Of a stretch of 64,000 nucleotides of DNA, positions 7,856 through 17,922 are shown one piece after another (position 1 is the first letter of the stretch; each line of letters opens with the position of its first letter). Both the position numbers and the translations under genes were made by a program. The stretch is from Holosporales bacterium (GTDB lineage: Bacteria > Pseudomonadota > Alphaproteobacteria > UBA3830 > JAIRWN01): NCBI GenBank assembly GCA_031267535.1, contig JAIRYS010000010.1:124-64123 (forward strand). The letters run 5' to 3'. Under the pieces are notes generated by a model. It saw only the letters and a program-made list of their open reading frames with translations. It did not search any database and was not told the origin of the DNA.

Positions 7856-10306
7856 ATGAGCACAGAAGTAAAAAAGACACTTGTCCTGAATCTAAGCGGT
7901 AAAGTGAAAACTGCTGGGGTTGAGCATATCCAGCAAAGTTTTAACCGTGGGCGCGTAAAAACAGTCGCTGTAGAAGTAAAAAAACGCCGGGGTATTGTCA
8001 GAAAGCCTGATGAAACCTCTCAGGTTAACAATTTCCAGTTTAGGGCTGATGCTGTCAAGGTAAACGAAGACGCGGCCAAGGATCATCTGACTGCACGAGA
8101 ACTGGAATCAAGGCTTCAAGCCCTTAAAGAGGCAGAAGAACGTAAAGAAGAGGAAAAGCCTTCCGTCATTGCATCAGAAAACACAGCAACAGAGGATGTA
8201 GCGCGTTCCGTTGATGTTGATGGGCAGAGCGAACATTCTGGCGATGTTTCTTCCGTTCTGCCGGATTTTACTAAGCGTTTAGGTACAAAAGATACTGACA
8301 ACGCAGAGGGAGGCGGAGCAGATTTTAAAAATGCTTGGAAAAAGACAATCAAAAAATCGCCAAAGGAGGAAGACGGCTTAGGCGGGCGTAGGCAGAAAAA
8401 GCTGTCCATCTATGATGCGCTGGCTGAAGAACAAGATCGCATAAGATCTTTAGCCGCAGTACGTAGAGCTAGGAATAAAGCTAAGCGACTCGTTTCTATT
8501 GGCGCAGGAGGCGACGAGTCAAAGAAAGTTGCTCGAGAAGTCGTTATCCCAGAGCTGATTGAGGTTCAAGAACTTGCCAACAGAATGGCTGTACGGGTCG
8601 GCGAGCTTACAAAGACTTTGCTGAAACTTGGCGTTGTAGCAACTGTAAATCAGGTTTTGGATGGCGATACGGCTGAACTTTTGGCGTCTGAGCTTGGTCA
8701 CAAAGCTAAACGAGTAAGCGAATCAGACGTAGAAGAAGGCCTCCATGGCGAACAGGATGAGGCCGATCAAATGCTGCCTCGCGCGCCTGTTGTGACAGTT
8801 ATGGGGCATGTCGATCACGGCAAAACCTCGCTTCTTGATGCGTTTCGCAAAACTGATGTTGCGGCTAAAGAGGCCGGAGGCATCACTCAACACGTAGGCG
8901 CTTATCAGGTGCAAATGCCGGATGCGCGCAAGATTACCTTCATAGACACTCCTGGTCACGAAGCGTTCACTGAAATGCGTGTGCGAGGGGCTAATATAAC
9001 CGATGTGGTGGTTTTGGTCGTGGCGGCAGACGACAGCGTCAAAGAGCAAAGCGCAGAAGCAATAAATCACGCTCGCGCTGCTGGAGTACCCATTGTCGTA
9101 GCAATCAACAAGATCGACAAGCCTAATGCAGATCCAAATAAGGTGAAACAAGATTTGCTGCGTCACGAAGTGGTGGCAGAGTCGCTTGGCGGCGATGTTG
9201 TCACAGTTGAAGTCTCGGCCAAAACCGGCCAGGGGCTAACTGATTTATCAGAGGCGATTTTGGTTCAGGCAGAGATGCTTGACCTTAAAGCTAACCCTAG
9301 CAGAAATGGCGAGGGCGTTGTTATTGAATCTCGTCAAGAAAGAGGATTAGGCCCAGTTGCTACTGTATTGGTTGAGAAAGGAACATTGAGACGCGGGGAC
9401 ATATTTGTTTCGGGAAGTTTTGCCGGACGTATTCGCGCTATGACTGATTATCTCGGCAACAAAGTGGAAATGGCTTTGCCTTCTATGCCGGTTGAAGTAG
9501 TCGGTTTTGACGGGGTTCCAAGCCCTGGGGCTGATTTTGTTATACTCAATGACGAAGCTAAGGCGCGTGAGATTGCCGCGTACCGTGACAAAAAAGGCCG
9601 TGCCGCCGCACATGCGATTACGGCTGCTGGCGGAGGCAATATGTCTGCTGAGCAGATGTTTGATGATTTGGTCACAAAGAACGGAGTGAAAGAGCTTCCT
9701 TTGGTGATAAAGGCTGATGTGCAGGGGTCGATTGAGGCAATTATCTTCAGCCTGCAAAAGCTGTCGAACGATGAAGTCGCAATCAGGGTTTTGCACTCTG
9801 GCGTAGGTGAGATAACTGAAAGCGACGTATCGTTGGCTAAAGCTTCGAGCGCTTTGATTGTCGGGTTTAATGTGCGGGCAAACGCCCAGGCAAGAGATCT
9901 TGCTCAGCAAAGCTCTATAAACCTTAAATACTATTCAATAATATACGACTTGGTTGATGAAATAACCGCTAAGCTGTCCGGACTGTTGGCGCCGGAGCTG
10001 AGAGAGAAAAACCTTGGCACAGCCGAAGTTCGCCAAGTATTTGGTATTAAAAAAGTCGGCAAAATTGCCGGTTGTATGGTTGTGTCCGGTTTGATTAAAC
10101 GTGGCGCAAAAGTTAGGGTGTTGCGCGATAACATAGTAATCCACAAGGGAGAGCTGTCCTCGCTTATGAGGGTCAAAGATGAAGTCAAGGAAGTCAGAGA
10201 AGGATTCGAGTGCGGCGTTGGAATCGAAAGTTATCAAGACATTTGTGAAGGCGACAACATAGAGTGCTTCATCATCGAAGAAATCGAGAGAAAACTGCAA
10301 TCTTGA
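7856..10306 (+). CDS. infB: Translation initiation factor IF-2
   Basis: 816 aa. GTPase motifs are GHVDHGKTSLLD, DTPGHEAF and NKIDK. The C-terminal IF2 domains are conserved. Confidence 0.95.
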   Translation: MSTEVKKTLVLNLSGKVKTAGVEHIQQSFNRGRVKTVAVEVKKRRGIVRKPDETSQVNNFQFRADAVKVNEDAAKDHLTARELESRLQALKEAEERKEEEKPSVIASENTATEDVARSVDVDGQSEHSGDVSSVLPDFTKRLGTKDTDNAEGGGADFKNAWKKTIKKSPKEEDGLGGRRQKKLSIYDALAEEQDRIRSLAAVRRARNKAKRLVSIGAGGDESKKVAREVVIPELIEVQELANRMAVRVGELTKTLLKLGVVATVNQVLDGDTAELLASELGHKAKRVSESDVEEGLHGEQDEADQMLPRAPVVTVMGHVDHGKTSLLDAFRKTDVAAKEAGGITQHVGAYQVQMPDARKITFIDTPGHEAFTEMRVRGANITDVVVLVVAADDSVKEQSAEAINHARAAGVPIVVAINKIDKPNADPNKVKQDLLRHEVVAESLGGDVVTVEVSAKTGQGLTDLSEAILVQAEMLDLKANPSRNGEGVVIESRQERGLGPVATVLVEKGTLRRGDIFVSGSFAGRIRAMTDYLGNKVEMALPSMPVEVVGFDGVPSPGADFVILNDEAKAREIAAYRDKKGRAAAHAITAAGGGNMSAEQMFDDLVTKNGVKELPLVIKADVQGSIEAIIFSLQKLSNDEVAIRVLHSGVGEITESDVSLAKASSALIVGFNVRANAQARDLAQQSSINLKYYSIIYDLVDEITAKLSGLLAPELREKNLGTAEVRQVFGIKKVGKIAGCMVVSGLIKRGAKVRVLRDNIVIHKGELSSLMRVKDEVKEVREGFECGVGIESYQDICEGDNIECFIIEEIERKLQS

Positions 10307-10356
10307 TCGTATAAAACGCCCCAATTACCTGGGCATTGAGGATTGCTTACATTAAA

Positions 10357-11013
10357 CTAATTTTTCTGTTTGAGCCTGCCGTCTTTCATCTCAAGCACTC
10401 TACCGTTGAAGCAATTCATGTGCTTGGTATCGTGGGTGATGAACAGGCATGTCTTACCTTCGTTTCTAACCAGTTTGTCAGTTATTTTCATCACCATGGA
10501 AGAGGCCTTGGGATCAAGAGCCGAGGTTATCTCGTCAAGCAGCAACAGCTTACAATCGTCGATCACCGACATAACTAAGCTTAGCGCCTGTCTTTGTCCA
10601 CCGGAAAGAGCGTCGACATATTCGCTTAATCTGAACTCTAAGCCCATTTCAAGCACACTAAGCTTCGTTTTAAAATATTCCACAACATTGCTTGAGATTT
10701 TTTTATAACCACTTCTCATGTAGGCTATGCACATATTCTCCAAAATCGTCATTCTGCCTATGGTCCCTGATCTTGGATCTTGAGATACGCTAGATATTAG
10801 ACACGCCCGTTTGTATTGAGGCATATTTGTGATGTTCGCGCCATTCAATAAAATTTGGCCAGCTTTCGGTTTGATCATCCCGGATATAGAACCAAATAGA
10901 GTCGTTTTACCCGAACCATTAGCGCCAACAATTAAAACAAACTCATTCGGCTGAACTATAAGGTTCAGGTTTTTCAAAACGTCCCTTACGCACAAGTTGG
11001 ATATGCTAAGCAT
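10357..11013 (-). CDS. ABC transporter ATP-binding protein (COG1101-type, partner of the ABC_sub_bind system)
   Basis: 218 aa with Walker A GANGSGKTT, signature LSGGQRQ and Walker B LLLLDE. Its start overlaps the permease stop by 8 nt. Confidence 0.85.
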   Translation of the reverse strand: MLSISNLCVRDVLKNLNLIVQPNEFVLIVGANGSGKTTLFGSISGMIKPKAGQILLNGANITNMPQYKRACLISSVSQDPRSGTIGRMTILENMCIAYMRSGYKKISSNVVEYFKTKLSVLEMGLEFRLSEYVDALSGGQRQALSLVMSVIDDCKLLLLDEITSALDPKASSMVMKITDKLVRNEGKTCLFITHDTKHMNCFNGRVLEMKDGRLKQKN

Positions 11014-11830
11014 ATCTAGCCTTTCGCCTGGTCAGCATAACTAACACTATGATAAGCCCAGTTATCAGGTTCAAATCCTGGGTTTTTATGCCAAGCAGAC
11101 TACTGTGCAGCGCTATACTTATGAAGATTCGATAAAGTATCGACCCAATGACGCACGATATAATCAAATATGGCGCTTTCTTGAACGGAAGTACTTTCTC
11201 GCCGATAATGACAGAGGCTAGCCCAGCAACCAAAGTACCAACCCCTTGTGAAACGTCACAGAATCCTTGATATTGGCTAAACAAACCTCCGCCAAGCGAT
11301 ATCATCGCATTGCTTAGCATTAGGCCAACTATGGTCATCAGCCCAACATTTGTTCCAAAGGTAATGGCAAACTGCTGACTGTAGCCAACCGCCCTCAGCT
11401 TCAATCCAAACCCACTGGCAAGCAGAAACGCCAAACCCAGCGCCAGTGGCGCCACCACAAACAACGTGTTCCTATATTCTTCAAACGTCACGTTGGGCGC
11501 GCTGCCCATAATCCTGAGATTTACGGAATAAAGTACAAACGCCACGATTATCCCAGAAAGTAGATCGCTAATACCAAACTTGACGTTCAGCACGCCAGTA
11601 ATAAGCCCGGCAAAACTTCCAAGCAATGCAGAACAAAAAAGCGCTAAGTACGGGTCAAAACCATTTCTGGCAAGCACTGCAGCAACAGCAGCGCCCAGTA
11701 CGAAACTTCCGTCACAGGTCAAATCAGCAAAGTTAATGGCCCTGAATGTTAAGTAGATCCCTATGGCCACGCTGCCAAAGATCAAACCTATCTCCGCGCT
11801 GGTGATAAGTTCTTGAAGAGGGATGATCAT
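11006..11830 (-). CDS. ABC transporter permease (COG4120-type)
   Basis: 274-aa polytopic hydrophobic ORF, sandwiched between the binding protein and the ATPase with overlaps on both sides. Confidence 0.8.
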   Translation of the reverse strand: MIIPLQELITSAEIGLIFGSVAIGIYLTFRAINFADLTCDGSFVLGAAVAAVLARNGFDPYLALFCSALLGSFAGLITGVLNVKFGISDLLSGIIVAFVLYSVNLRIMGSAPNVTFEEYRNTLFVVAPLALGLAFLLASGFGLKLRAVGYSQQFAITFGTNVGLMTIVGLMLSNAMISLGGGLFSQYQGFCDVSQGVGTLVAGLASVIIGEKVLPFKKAPYLIISCVIGSILYRIFISIALHSSLLGIKTQDLNLITGLIIVLVMLTRRKARYA

Positions 11831-12804
11831 TCGCTGCTGCCTATTACTTTCTGAGCTTGTTTAAGCGCTCCTTCTGGAACGGTAATTCCCAGTAATTTTG
11901 CCGCGTTTAGGTTAATAAACAGCTCGGTGGAAGTAGGATATTCAACTGAAATGTTGTTAACGTCCTGTCCCTGTAGTATCTTTGCCACAATCGCCCCAGT
12001 TTGTTTACCAATATCGTATTGATTAGGCCCTAAGGAAGCCAGGCACCCTTTTTCAACCTGATCGGTATCGCTGACATATACGGGGATTTTTGCTTTGTTG
12101 CATACGCGAACTATAAAGGGAATAGCGCAAAGCGATGTATTATCGTTGCTTATAAACACTGCATCAACCCTTTTGGACAGCGTATTTATGGCCTGCGGAA
12201 TATCGGACGCCTTTTGTATCCCTTGCTCAACCAATTCGATTCCAAGCTCTTGCGCAATTATGCGTAGCTTTTCGACTATGTCTACTGAGTTTGCTTCACC
12301 GGTGTTAAAAATTATCCCCAACTTTTTTAGATTGGGTTGAATCTTTTTGAATATCTCCAACTGAGGCTTTAACGCGACAAAATTAGAAACCCCCGTCGTA
12401 TTCGTGTCCTTAAGAGATAAGGCTATGGTATCCGGGTTTGTTACTGAACTGAATATCAGCTTAATACGTTTTTCTTTAGCGTATTTGAACGCGACCTGAG
12501 TTGGCATAGTGCCAATAGTGACAACAAGGCCTTTACCGTGATTGACGAACCTTGAGATAATCTGAGCCGCCAATGCTTGATTGCCCTGGCATGTATTAAT
12601 CCCAAGCCTGACGTTGCGGTTGTTGGCGAAATAGTCCTGTATTCCTTTGGTAACCGAATCCAAAGCCTCGTGCTCTACAGCCTTGCATATATATACGATT
12701 TGCACGGGACGTTCGCTAGAAGTTGCCTCCGTTCCATCAACAAAGTTAACCCAGCATCCACTAAGCGCCACAATTGTTGTAAGCATTATTCTGTTTTTAG
12801 ACAT
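11827..12804 (-). CDS. ABC transporter substrate-binding protein (ABC_sub_bind / COG2984-type)
   Basis: 325 aa with an N-terminal signal or lipoprotein-like leader (IVALSGC). It has a periplasmic-binding-fold pattern (IVYICKAVEHEALD..., KKLGIIFNTGEANS). Confidence 0.75.
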   Translation of the reverse strand: MSKNRIMLTTIVALSGCWVNFVDGTEATSSERPVQIVYICKAVEHEALDSVTKGIQDYFANNRNVRLGINTCQGNQALAAQIISRFVNHGKGLVVTIGTMPTQVAFKYAKEKRIKLIFSSVTNPDTIALSLKDTNTTGVSNFVALKPQLEIFKKIQPNLKKLGIIFNTGEANSVDIVEKLRIIAQELGIELVEQGIQKASDIPQAINTLSKRVDAVFISNDNTSLCAIPFIVRVCNKAKIPVYVSDTDQVEKGCLASLGPNQYDIGKQTGAIVAKILQGQDVNNISVEYPTSTELFINLNAAKLLGITVPEGALKQAQKVIGSSE

Positions 12805-13084
12805 TTTTTCCCTCGGATTTAATTTTTGTTATCAAAGACCTGTATCCACCGTATGGTTCACTGTTTAGGAATCTAGCAACTCTGGTGACAGTTGTTGTGC
12901 TTGCTCCGATTGCGTTACTTATTTCTCGGTATGATAATTTGCCACATTCAAGCATCTGGCATACCTGCCAGCGTTCTTTCATGGCTTTAAGCTCCTGCGG
13001 AGTACATAAATCCAGCAGGAACTTTTCCGCTTCATCCGCCGATTCAATCATAGCGATAATCTCAAACAATCCTTTATCCCACAC
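12797..13084 (-). CDS. TrpR-like DNA-binding protein, YerC/YecD family
   Basis: 95 aa with a GTG start. The sequence LLDLCTPQELKAMKERWQVCQMLECGKLSYREISNAIGASTTTVTRVARFLN matches the YerC/YecD Trp-repressor-fold family pattern. It overlaps the downstream binding-protein gene by 8 nt. Confidence 0.75.
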   Translation of the reverse strand: MWDKGLFEIIAMIESADEAEKFLLDLCTPQELKAMKERWQVCQMLECGKLSYREISNAIGASTTTVTRVARFLNSEPYGGYRSLITKIKSEGKNV

Positions 13085-13276
13085 TTATTTTGTCTCACAA
13101 ATGTATTGATATATTAACACAAAAATACAAGATGTGTAAACAAAATTTTTCGTAATGCAATGTTCGTCGGCGGTACTGCGGCTTAAAAATCACAGCTTTA
13201 TTTTTCATTGATCTCAAGCTAAGTTGTGCGCAGTTTGGTTGTTCAAGATTCGGCGCAGCAAATCCGGAGCGATTTC

Positions 13277-14251
13277 ATGAAGACATATTCGTACAGCGTG
13301 AAGGATTTTTTCAGATTTTACGAGAATATGCTGCTTATCCGCAGGTTTGAGGAAAAATGCGCTCAGCTCTACAGAAAGGGCGCAATTGGCGGGTTCTGTC
13401 ATCTATACATAGGTCAAGAAGCTATTGCAGCTGGTATGAAAGAAGTGACGTCCTTGGATAAGGACTCGATAATTACTACATACCGCGACCATGCCCATAT
13501 GCTGATGTGCGAGATTGATCCAAAGGTCATAATGGCCGAGCTGGCTGGCAAAGTGACGGGCTGCTCAAAAGGGAAAGGTGGGTCTATGCACATGTTTTCC
13601 CGTCAGCGAAGATTTTATGGCGGGCATGGCATTGTAGGATCGCCTGCTTCGATTGGGACAGGGATTGCTTTTTCGCATCGATACAAAAACGACGGCGGAG
13701 TTTGCTTTTGCTACTTTGGTGATGGGGCGGTCAATCAGGGACAGGTGTACGAGGCGTTTAACATGGCGTCCATGTGGAAATTGCCAGTTGTTTACGTCAT
13801 CGAAAACAACTTGTATGCGATGGGAACTTCGGTCAAAAGATCCCATGCAAACCAAGATTTATATAAACGAGGAGAACCGTTTAATATCCCCGGCAAAACA
13901 GTAGATGGGATGAAGATTCAGGAAGTCATGGAGGCTGGACGAGAGGCTTGCTTGTATGCCAGAAACGGCAAAGGCCCGATTATTTTAGAGATGCAGACCT
14001 ATCGCTATATGGGGCATTCTATGTCTGACCCGGCAACCTATCGCACGAAGGAAGAAGTAGAGCATGTCAAGACAACCCGCGATCCGATTGAGCACATAAA
14101 AAGCGTTATTGCCAAGAAACAAGGACTGAAAGAGTCGGAGATAAAAGACATAGAGGCTAAGGTAAATGACGTCGTCGAAAAGGCCGCAGACTTCGCTGTG
14201 AATTCGCCGATTCCTCAGGAGGCAGAGTTGTACAAAGACGTGCTAATTTAA
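13277..14251 (+). CDS. pdhA: Pyruvate dehydrogenase E1 component, alpha subunit
   Basis: E1-alpha blocks [17 protein letters not shown] and [39 protein letters not shown], plus [11 protein letters not shown]. The ATG at 13277 is preferred over the upstream ORF start at 13226. Confidence 0.9.
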   Translation: MKTYSYSVKDFFRFYENMLLIRRFEEKCAQLYRKGAIGGFCHLYIGQEAIAAGMKEVTSLDKDSIITTYRDHAHMLMCEIDPKVIMAELAGKVTGCSKGKGGSMHMFSRQRRFYGGHGIVGSPASIGTGIAFSHRYKNDGGVCFCYFGDGAVNQGQVYEAFNMASMWKLPVVYVIENNLYAMGTSVKRSHANQDLYKRGEPFNIPGKTVDGMKIQEVMEAGREACLYARNGKGPIILEMQTYRYMGHSMSDPATYRTKEEVEHVKTTRDPIEHIKSVIAKKQGLKESEIKDIEAKVNDVVEKAADFAVNSPIPQEAELYKDVLI

Positions 14252-14261
14252 GAGCAACATT

Positions 14262-15242
14262 ATGACGCAAATCACAGTACGAGAAGCCCTGCGTGACGCA
14301 ATGCGTGAGGAAATGGCCAGGGATGAGACGGTCTTCCTTATGGGCGAGGAAGTTGCTGAGTACAATGGCGCTTATAAGGTAAGCCAAGGGCTGCTTAAAG
14401 AGTTCGGTTCAAAGCGCGTGATAGATACGCCCATCTCAGAAATGGGCTTTACCGGCCTAGGGTTTGGGGCGGCGATTTCCGGCCTTAAACCTGTTATTGA
14501 GTTTATGACTTTTAACTTCGCAATGCAGGCGATTGACCATATCATCAACTCTGCGGCTAAAACGCTGTATATGTCAGGCGGGCAGATATCATGTCCAATT
14601 GTGTTTCGCGGCGTAAACGGTATAGCAGCGAGGGTGGCCGCCCAGCACTCACAATGTTTTGCCAGTTGGTATGCGCATTGTCCAGGGTTGAAGGTGGTTG
14701 CGCCTTATTTTGCATCAGATGCTAAAGGGTTGCTTAAGGCGGCCATTCGTGACCCAAATCCGGTGATATTCCTGGAAAATGAGCTTTGGTACGGAAAAAA
14801 GTTCGAGGTCGCGCAAGAAGACGCTGAGCGTGTGGTCACAATAGGTCGAGCCAATGTCGTTAAAGAAGGCGAGGATGTAACTATAGTCAGTTTTTCAATG
14901 TCGATGAACAGAGTACTGGAAGCCGCCGAAAAGCTGGAAAATGACGGAATATCCGTTGAGATTGTCGATTTACGCACGCTTCGTCCGCTTGATATTGATA
15001 CAATCGTAAAGTCGGTCAAAAAAACCAATCGCCTACTGTGTGTGGAAGAAGGCTGGCCATATGCAGGAATATGTTCTGAGATTACTGCGCAGGCGATGGA
15101 GCAAGCGTTTGATTATCTCGATGCGCCAATACTGCGCGTTACAGGAGCAGACGTGCCCATGCCATATGCGGCCAATCTTGAGCAGCTGGCGCTGCCGCAG
15201 GTGGATGATATAATCGGCAAGGTAAAAAGCTATTTTAAGTAA
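14262..15242 (+). CDS. pdhB: Pyruvate dehydrogenase E1 component, beta subunit
   Basis: 326 aa with the transketolase-like beta subunit pattern ([38 protein letters not shown]). It has no N-terminal lipoyl domain. Confidence 0.9.
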   Translation: MTQITVREALRDAMREEMARDETVFLMGEEVAEYNGAYKVSQGLLKEFGSKRVIDTPISEMGFTGLGFGAAISGLKPVIEFMTFNFAMQAIDHIINSAAKTLYMSGGQISCPIVFRGVNGIAARVAAQHSQCFASWYAHCPGLKVVAPYFASDAKGLLKAAIRDPNPVIFLENELWYGKKFEVAQEDAERVVTIGRANVVKEGEDVTIVSFSMSMNRVLEAAEKLENDGISVEIVDLRTLRPLDIDTIVKSVKKTNRLLCVEEGWPYAGICSEITAQAMEQAFDYLDAPILRVTGADVPMPYAANLEQLALPQVDDIIGKVKSYFK

Positions 15243-15263
15243 CAAAGTTCAAAGGATATTTAT

Positions 15264-16487
15264 ATGCCAACAGAAGTTTTGATGCCGGCGTTATCGCCTA
15301 CAATGACCGAGGGTAACCTTGCAAAGTGGGTGAAAAAAGAAGGCGATAAGATTCGCCCAGGCGACGTAATTGCTGAGATCGAAACCGACAAAGCAATCAT
15401 GGAGGTCGAGGCCGTCGATGGGGGAATTCTCGGAAAGATTTTGGTTCAAGATGGGACAGAAAACGTTAAAGTTAACGAGGTTATTGCTCTATTGCTGGAT
15501 GACGGTGAATCGGCTGATTCGATAAAAGCATATTCGCCTGCTGCTGCCAAGCTGAAGCCAAAGCAAGAAGCGGCGACCTCCTCCGGTCGCGAATCAAACA
15601 AACCTAGCGTTCTCACGTCAAGCAATACTGTTGGCGACAGAGTTCCGGCAACTCCTTTAGCGCGGCGTATAGCCGGCGACGCTGGTTTAGATCTTGGATT
15701 GGTTGAAGGAACCGGTCCGCGCGGCCGTATCGTGCGCGATGATGTAATGAAGGCGTTGGAAGGTGACGACAGAAGCCGACGGTCCATCGAAGCCTCTTTC
15801 CCACAGGAACCCACCCTCATAAAGCTCAGTCAGATGAGGAAAACCATTGCGCAACGTTTGACTAGTTCTAAACAACAGGTGCCCCATTTCTACCTAAGCG
15901 TTGATTGCGAAATCGATAACTTATTGGCTGTACGTAAGAAACTGAACAGCTTGGACGAATCAAACAAGCTTACCGTTAATGATTTCGTGATAAAGGCCGT
16001 GGCATATGCTCTGATTGAGACGCCGGAAGCCAATGCATCTTGGTCCGATGAAGGAATTTATCAGCACCGTTCGGCTGACGTATCGGTTGCTGTTGCTGTT
16101 GATGGCGGGCTTATTACGCCAATAATTTACTCGGCTCATGCAAAAGGACTTAAAGAAATATCGCTTACAGCAAAAGAGCTTATCAAAAAAGCTAATGAAG
16201 GAAAGCTTAAGCCGGAAGAATTTCAAGGCGGAACATTTACCGTGTCTAACCTTGGCATGTATGGGGTTAAGAATTTTAACGCCATAATAAATCCGCCGCA
16301 GGGTTGTATCTTGGCGGTTGGCGCTGGGCAGCAGCGCGCAGTTGTACACGGCGGCAGTTTAGCGGTAGCGACAGTTATGACCTGCACTTTGTCGGTCGAT
16401 CACAGGGTTGTAGACGGCGTAGCTGGGGCCAAGTTCATGGCAGCCTTCAAACGATGCATAGAAGAACCGGCTGTCATGCTTATGTGA
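15264..16487 (+). CDS. pdhC: Dihydrolipoamide acetyltransferase (PDH E2)
   Basis: 407 aa with a lipoyl domain ([15 protein letters not shown]), an E3-binding segment (ATPLARRIA) and a catalytic domain with SVDHRVVDG. Confidence 0.9.
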   Translation: MPTEVLMPALSPTMTEGNLAKWVKKEGDKIRPGDVIAEIETDKAIMEVEAVDGGILGKILVQDGTENVKVNEVIALLLDDGESADSIKAYSPAAAKLKPKQEAATSSGRESNKPSVLTSSNTVGDRVPATPLARRIAGDAGLDLGLVEGTGPRGRIVRDDVMKALEGDDRSRRSIEASFPQEPTLIKLSQMRKTIAQRLTSSKQQVPHFYLSVDCEIDNLLAVRKKLNSLDESNKLTVNDFVIKAVAYALIETPEANASWSDEGIYQHRSADVSVAVAVDGGLITPIIYSAHAKGLKEISLTAKELIKKANEGKLKPEEFQGGTFTVSNLGMYGVKNFNAIINPPQGCILAVGAGQQRAVVHGGSLAVATVMTCTLSVDHRVVDGVAGAKFMAAFKRCIEEPAVMLM

Positions 16488-16513
16488 TACGGCAAGGTCT
16501 ATCAGAGGTATAG

Positions 16514-17914
16514 ATGGTATTTTCCAGCTATCAGTTCTTATTTGTTTTTCTGCCAATTACGTTTTTTGTATTCTTATTCCTGCAAAAGCTTAAGAATACT
16601 CAAATAACCTCGCTCTGGCTGCTTATAGCCTCCGTGGCGTTTTACACATTTTGGAATCCGCGAGACATTCTTCCTTTAAGTCTCTCGATCTTGGTCAATT
16701 ACAGCGTATATCAGTGCATGAAGCGTTTCTCGCGTCGGATTCTGTTTATGTGGTCGGGAATTGCGTTCAATCTGGTTTTCTTGGCCAGTTATAAGTATCT
16801 GAATTTTGGCGATTGGCATGGCTTTAAATTCGTTGCCGATCAAAGTATCCCGCTTGGGATTTCCTTTTACACTTTCACTCAGATTGCATTTCTTGTTGAT
16901 TGCTATAAAGAGGGGTTTGAGCAAAATGATATTATAAGGTACTCGCTGTTCGTTGGCTATTTCCCTCATTTGATTTGCGGACCGATACTGTCATTTAAGC
17001 AGCTTTACCCTCAGCTTAGCGAGCATGGTAAACTTGGAACATCTCAGCGCAATATTGCTTTGTTCTGCTTGTATTTCAGCATAGGGCTATTCAAAAAGAT
17101 TATTATTGCAGACAGTCTGGGCGATTACGTCAATCAGGTTTTTGACGCCAATATCAATACATTTTTCTGTTGCAAAACCTGCCTTTGGGCAATCTTGTCG
17201 TATGCGGTCCAATTGTACTTTGACTTTTCAGGATACTCCGATATGGCAGTTGGCGTTTCCAAGCTGTTCGGGGTAGATATCCCCTATAACTTTGACGCGC
17301 CATATAAATCCAAATCTATCATTGAATTCTGGCGCAGGTGGCATATCAGTTTATCTAACTTCCTTAAAAACTATGTCTATATACCGCTTGGTGGTAACAG
17401 AGTTGCCCCATTCAGGCTTTACCTCAATCTTTTTCTGGTAATGATACTCGGTGGAATTTGGCATGGCGGCGCCTGGACTTATGTCGTCTGGGGGGGCTAT
17501 CACGGCGCCCTTCTCATAGTTAACCACTTTTGGCGTCGCCACAGACTTACATTTATCGCAATTCCCGAATGCCTACAAAATTTCACAAAGCCCATATTTA
17601 CATTTTTATTGGTCTGTTGCGGCTGGGTACTGTTTAGAAGCCACAGCCTTGGTTTTGCCGGCAATATGTATATGTCGATTTTCAACATGGACTATGGCAT
17701 AGAGATTGCCTTTAATCGATACTGGATTTTGGCTGTTGGGCTGCTGTATATAATCTTCGCGCCTGATACGATTAGAATCGGAGGCCGCCTATTCGATGAA
17801 GATCGCAAAAAAAGAAGTATCATAGCAACTGCAGTCGCTTGTGGCGTTATGATGAGTGTTGCAATTATACGCATGAGCGGATCGGTGCAGCATTTTATTT
17901 ATTCAGGATTTTGA
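16514..17914 (+). CDS. MBOAT family O-acyltransferase (AlgI/DltB/PatA-like)
   Basis: 466-aa polytopic protein with MBOAT hallmarks FSGYSDMAVG, FWRRWHISLSNFLKNYVYIPLGGNR and GIWHG. Confidence 0.85.
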   Translation: MVFSSYQFLFVFLPITFFVFLFLQKLKNTQITSLWLLIASVAFYTFWNPRDILPLSLSILVNYSVYQCMKRFSRRILFMWSGIAFNLVFLASYKYLNFGDWHGFKFVADQSIPLGISFYTFTQIAFLVDCYKEGFEQNDIIRYSLFVGYFPHLICGPILSFKQLYPQLSEHGKLGTSQRNIALFCLYFSIGLFKKIIIADSLGDYVNQVFDANINTFFCCKTCLWAILSYAVQLYFDFSGYSDMAVGVSKLFGVDIPYNFDAPYKSKSIIEFWRRWHISLSNFLKNYVYIPLGGNRVAPFRLYLNLFLVMILGGIWHGGAWTYVVWGGYHGALLIVNHFWRRHRLTFIAIPECLQNFTKPIFTFLLVCCGWVLFRSHSLGFAGNMYMSIFNMDYGIEIAFNRYWILAVGLLYIIFAPDTIRIGGRLFDEDRKKRSIIATAVACGVMMSVAIIRMSGSVQHFIYSGF

Positions 17915-17922
17915 GGTGCAGT

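Noticed and set aside
9347-9910. Long antisense ORFs inside strongly supported genes. Examples are 187 aa at 9347-9910 and 147 aa at 8723-9166 (opposite infB), 151 aa at 30224-30679 (opposite ileS), 165 aa at 31920-32417 (opposite atpD), 157 aa at 22112-22585 (opposite mlaE/mlaF), 138 aa at 43657-44073 (opposite the MscS-family gene) and 138 aa at 26503-26919.
   Set aside because: Each lies fully or largely within a gene on the other strand that carries unambiguous family motifs. Their translations are low-complexity or Ser/Arg/Cys-rich with no recognisable domain. They are treated as shadow ORFs.
17490-17496. Homopolymer tracts considered as possible phase-variation switches: G7 at 17490-17496 in the MBOAT gene, C7 at 18321-18327 in lpxI, and the T8 tract (A8 on the coding strand) near 27487 in xerD and the A8 tract near 58624 in the arnA-like gene.
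   Set aside because: They encode conserved or plausible residues (WGG, GPP, KK) inside essential or housekeeping genes. They are short for slippage switches, and there is no evidence of frameshifted alleles in this single sequence.
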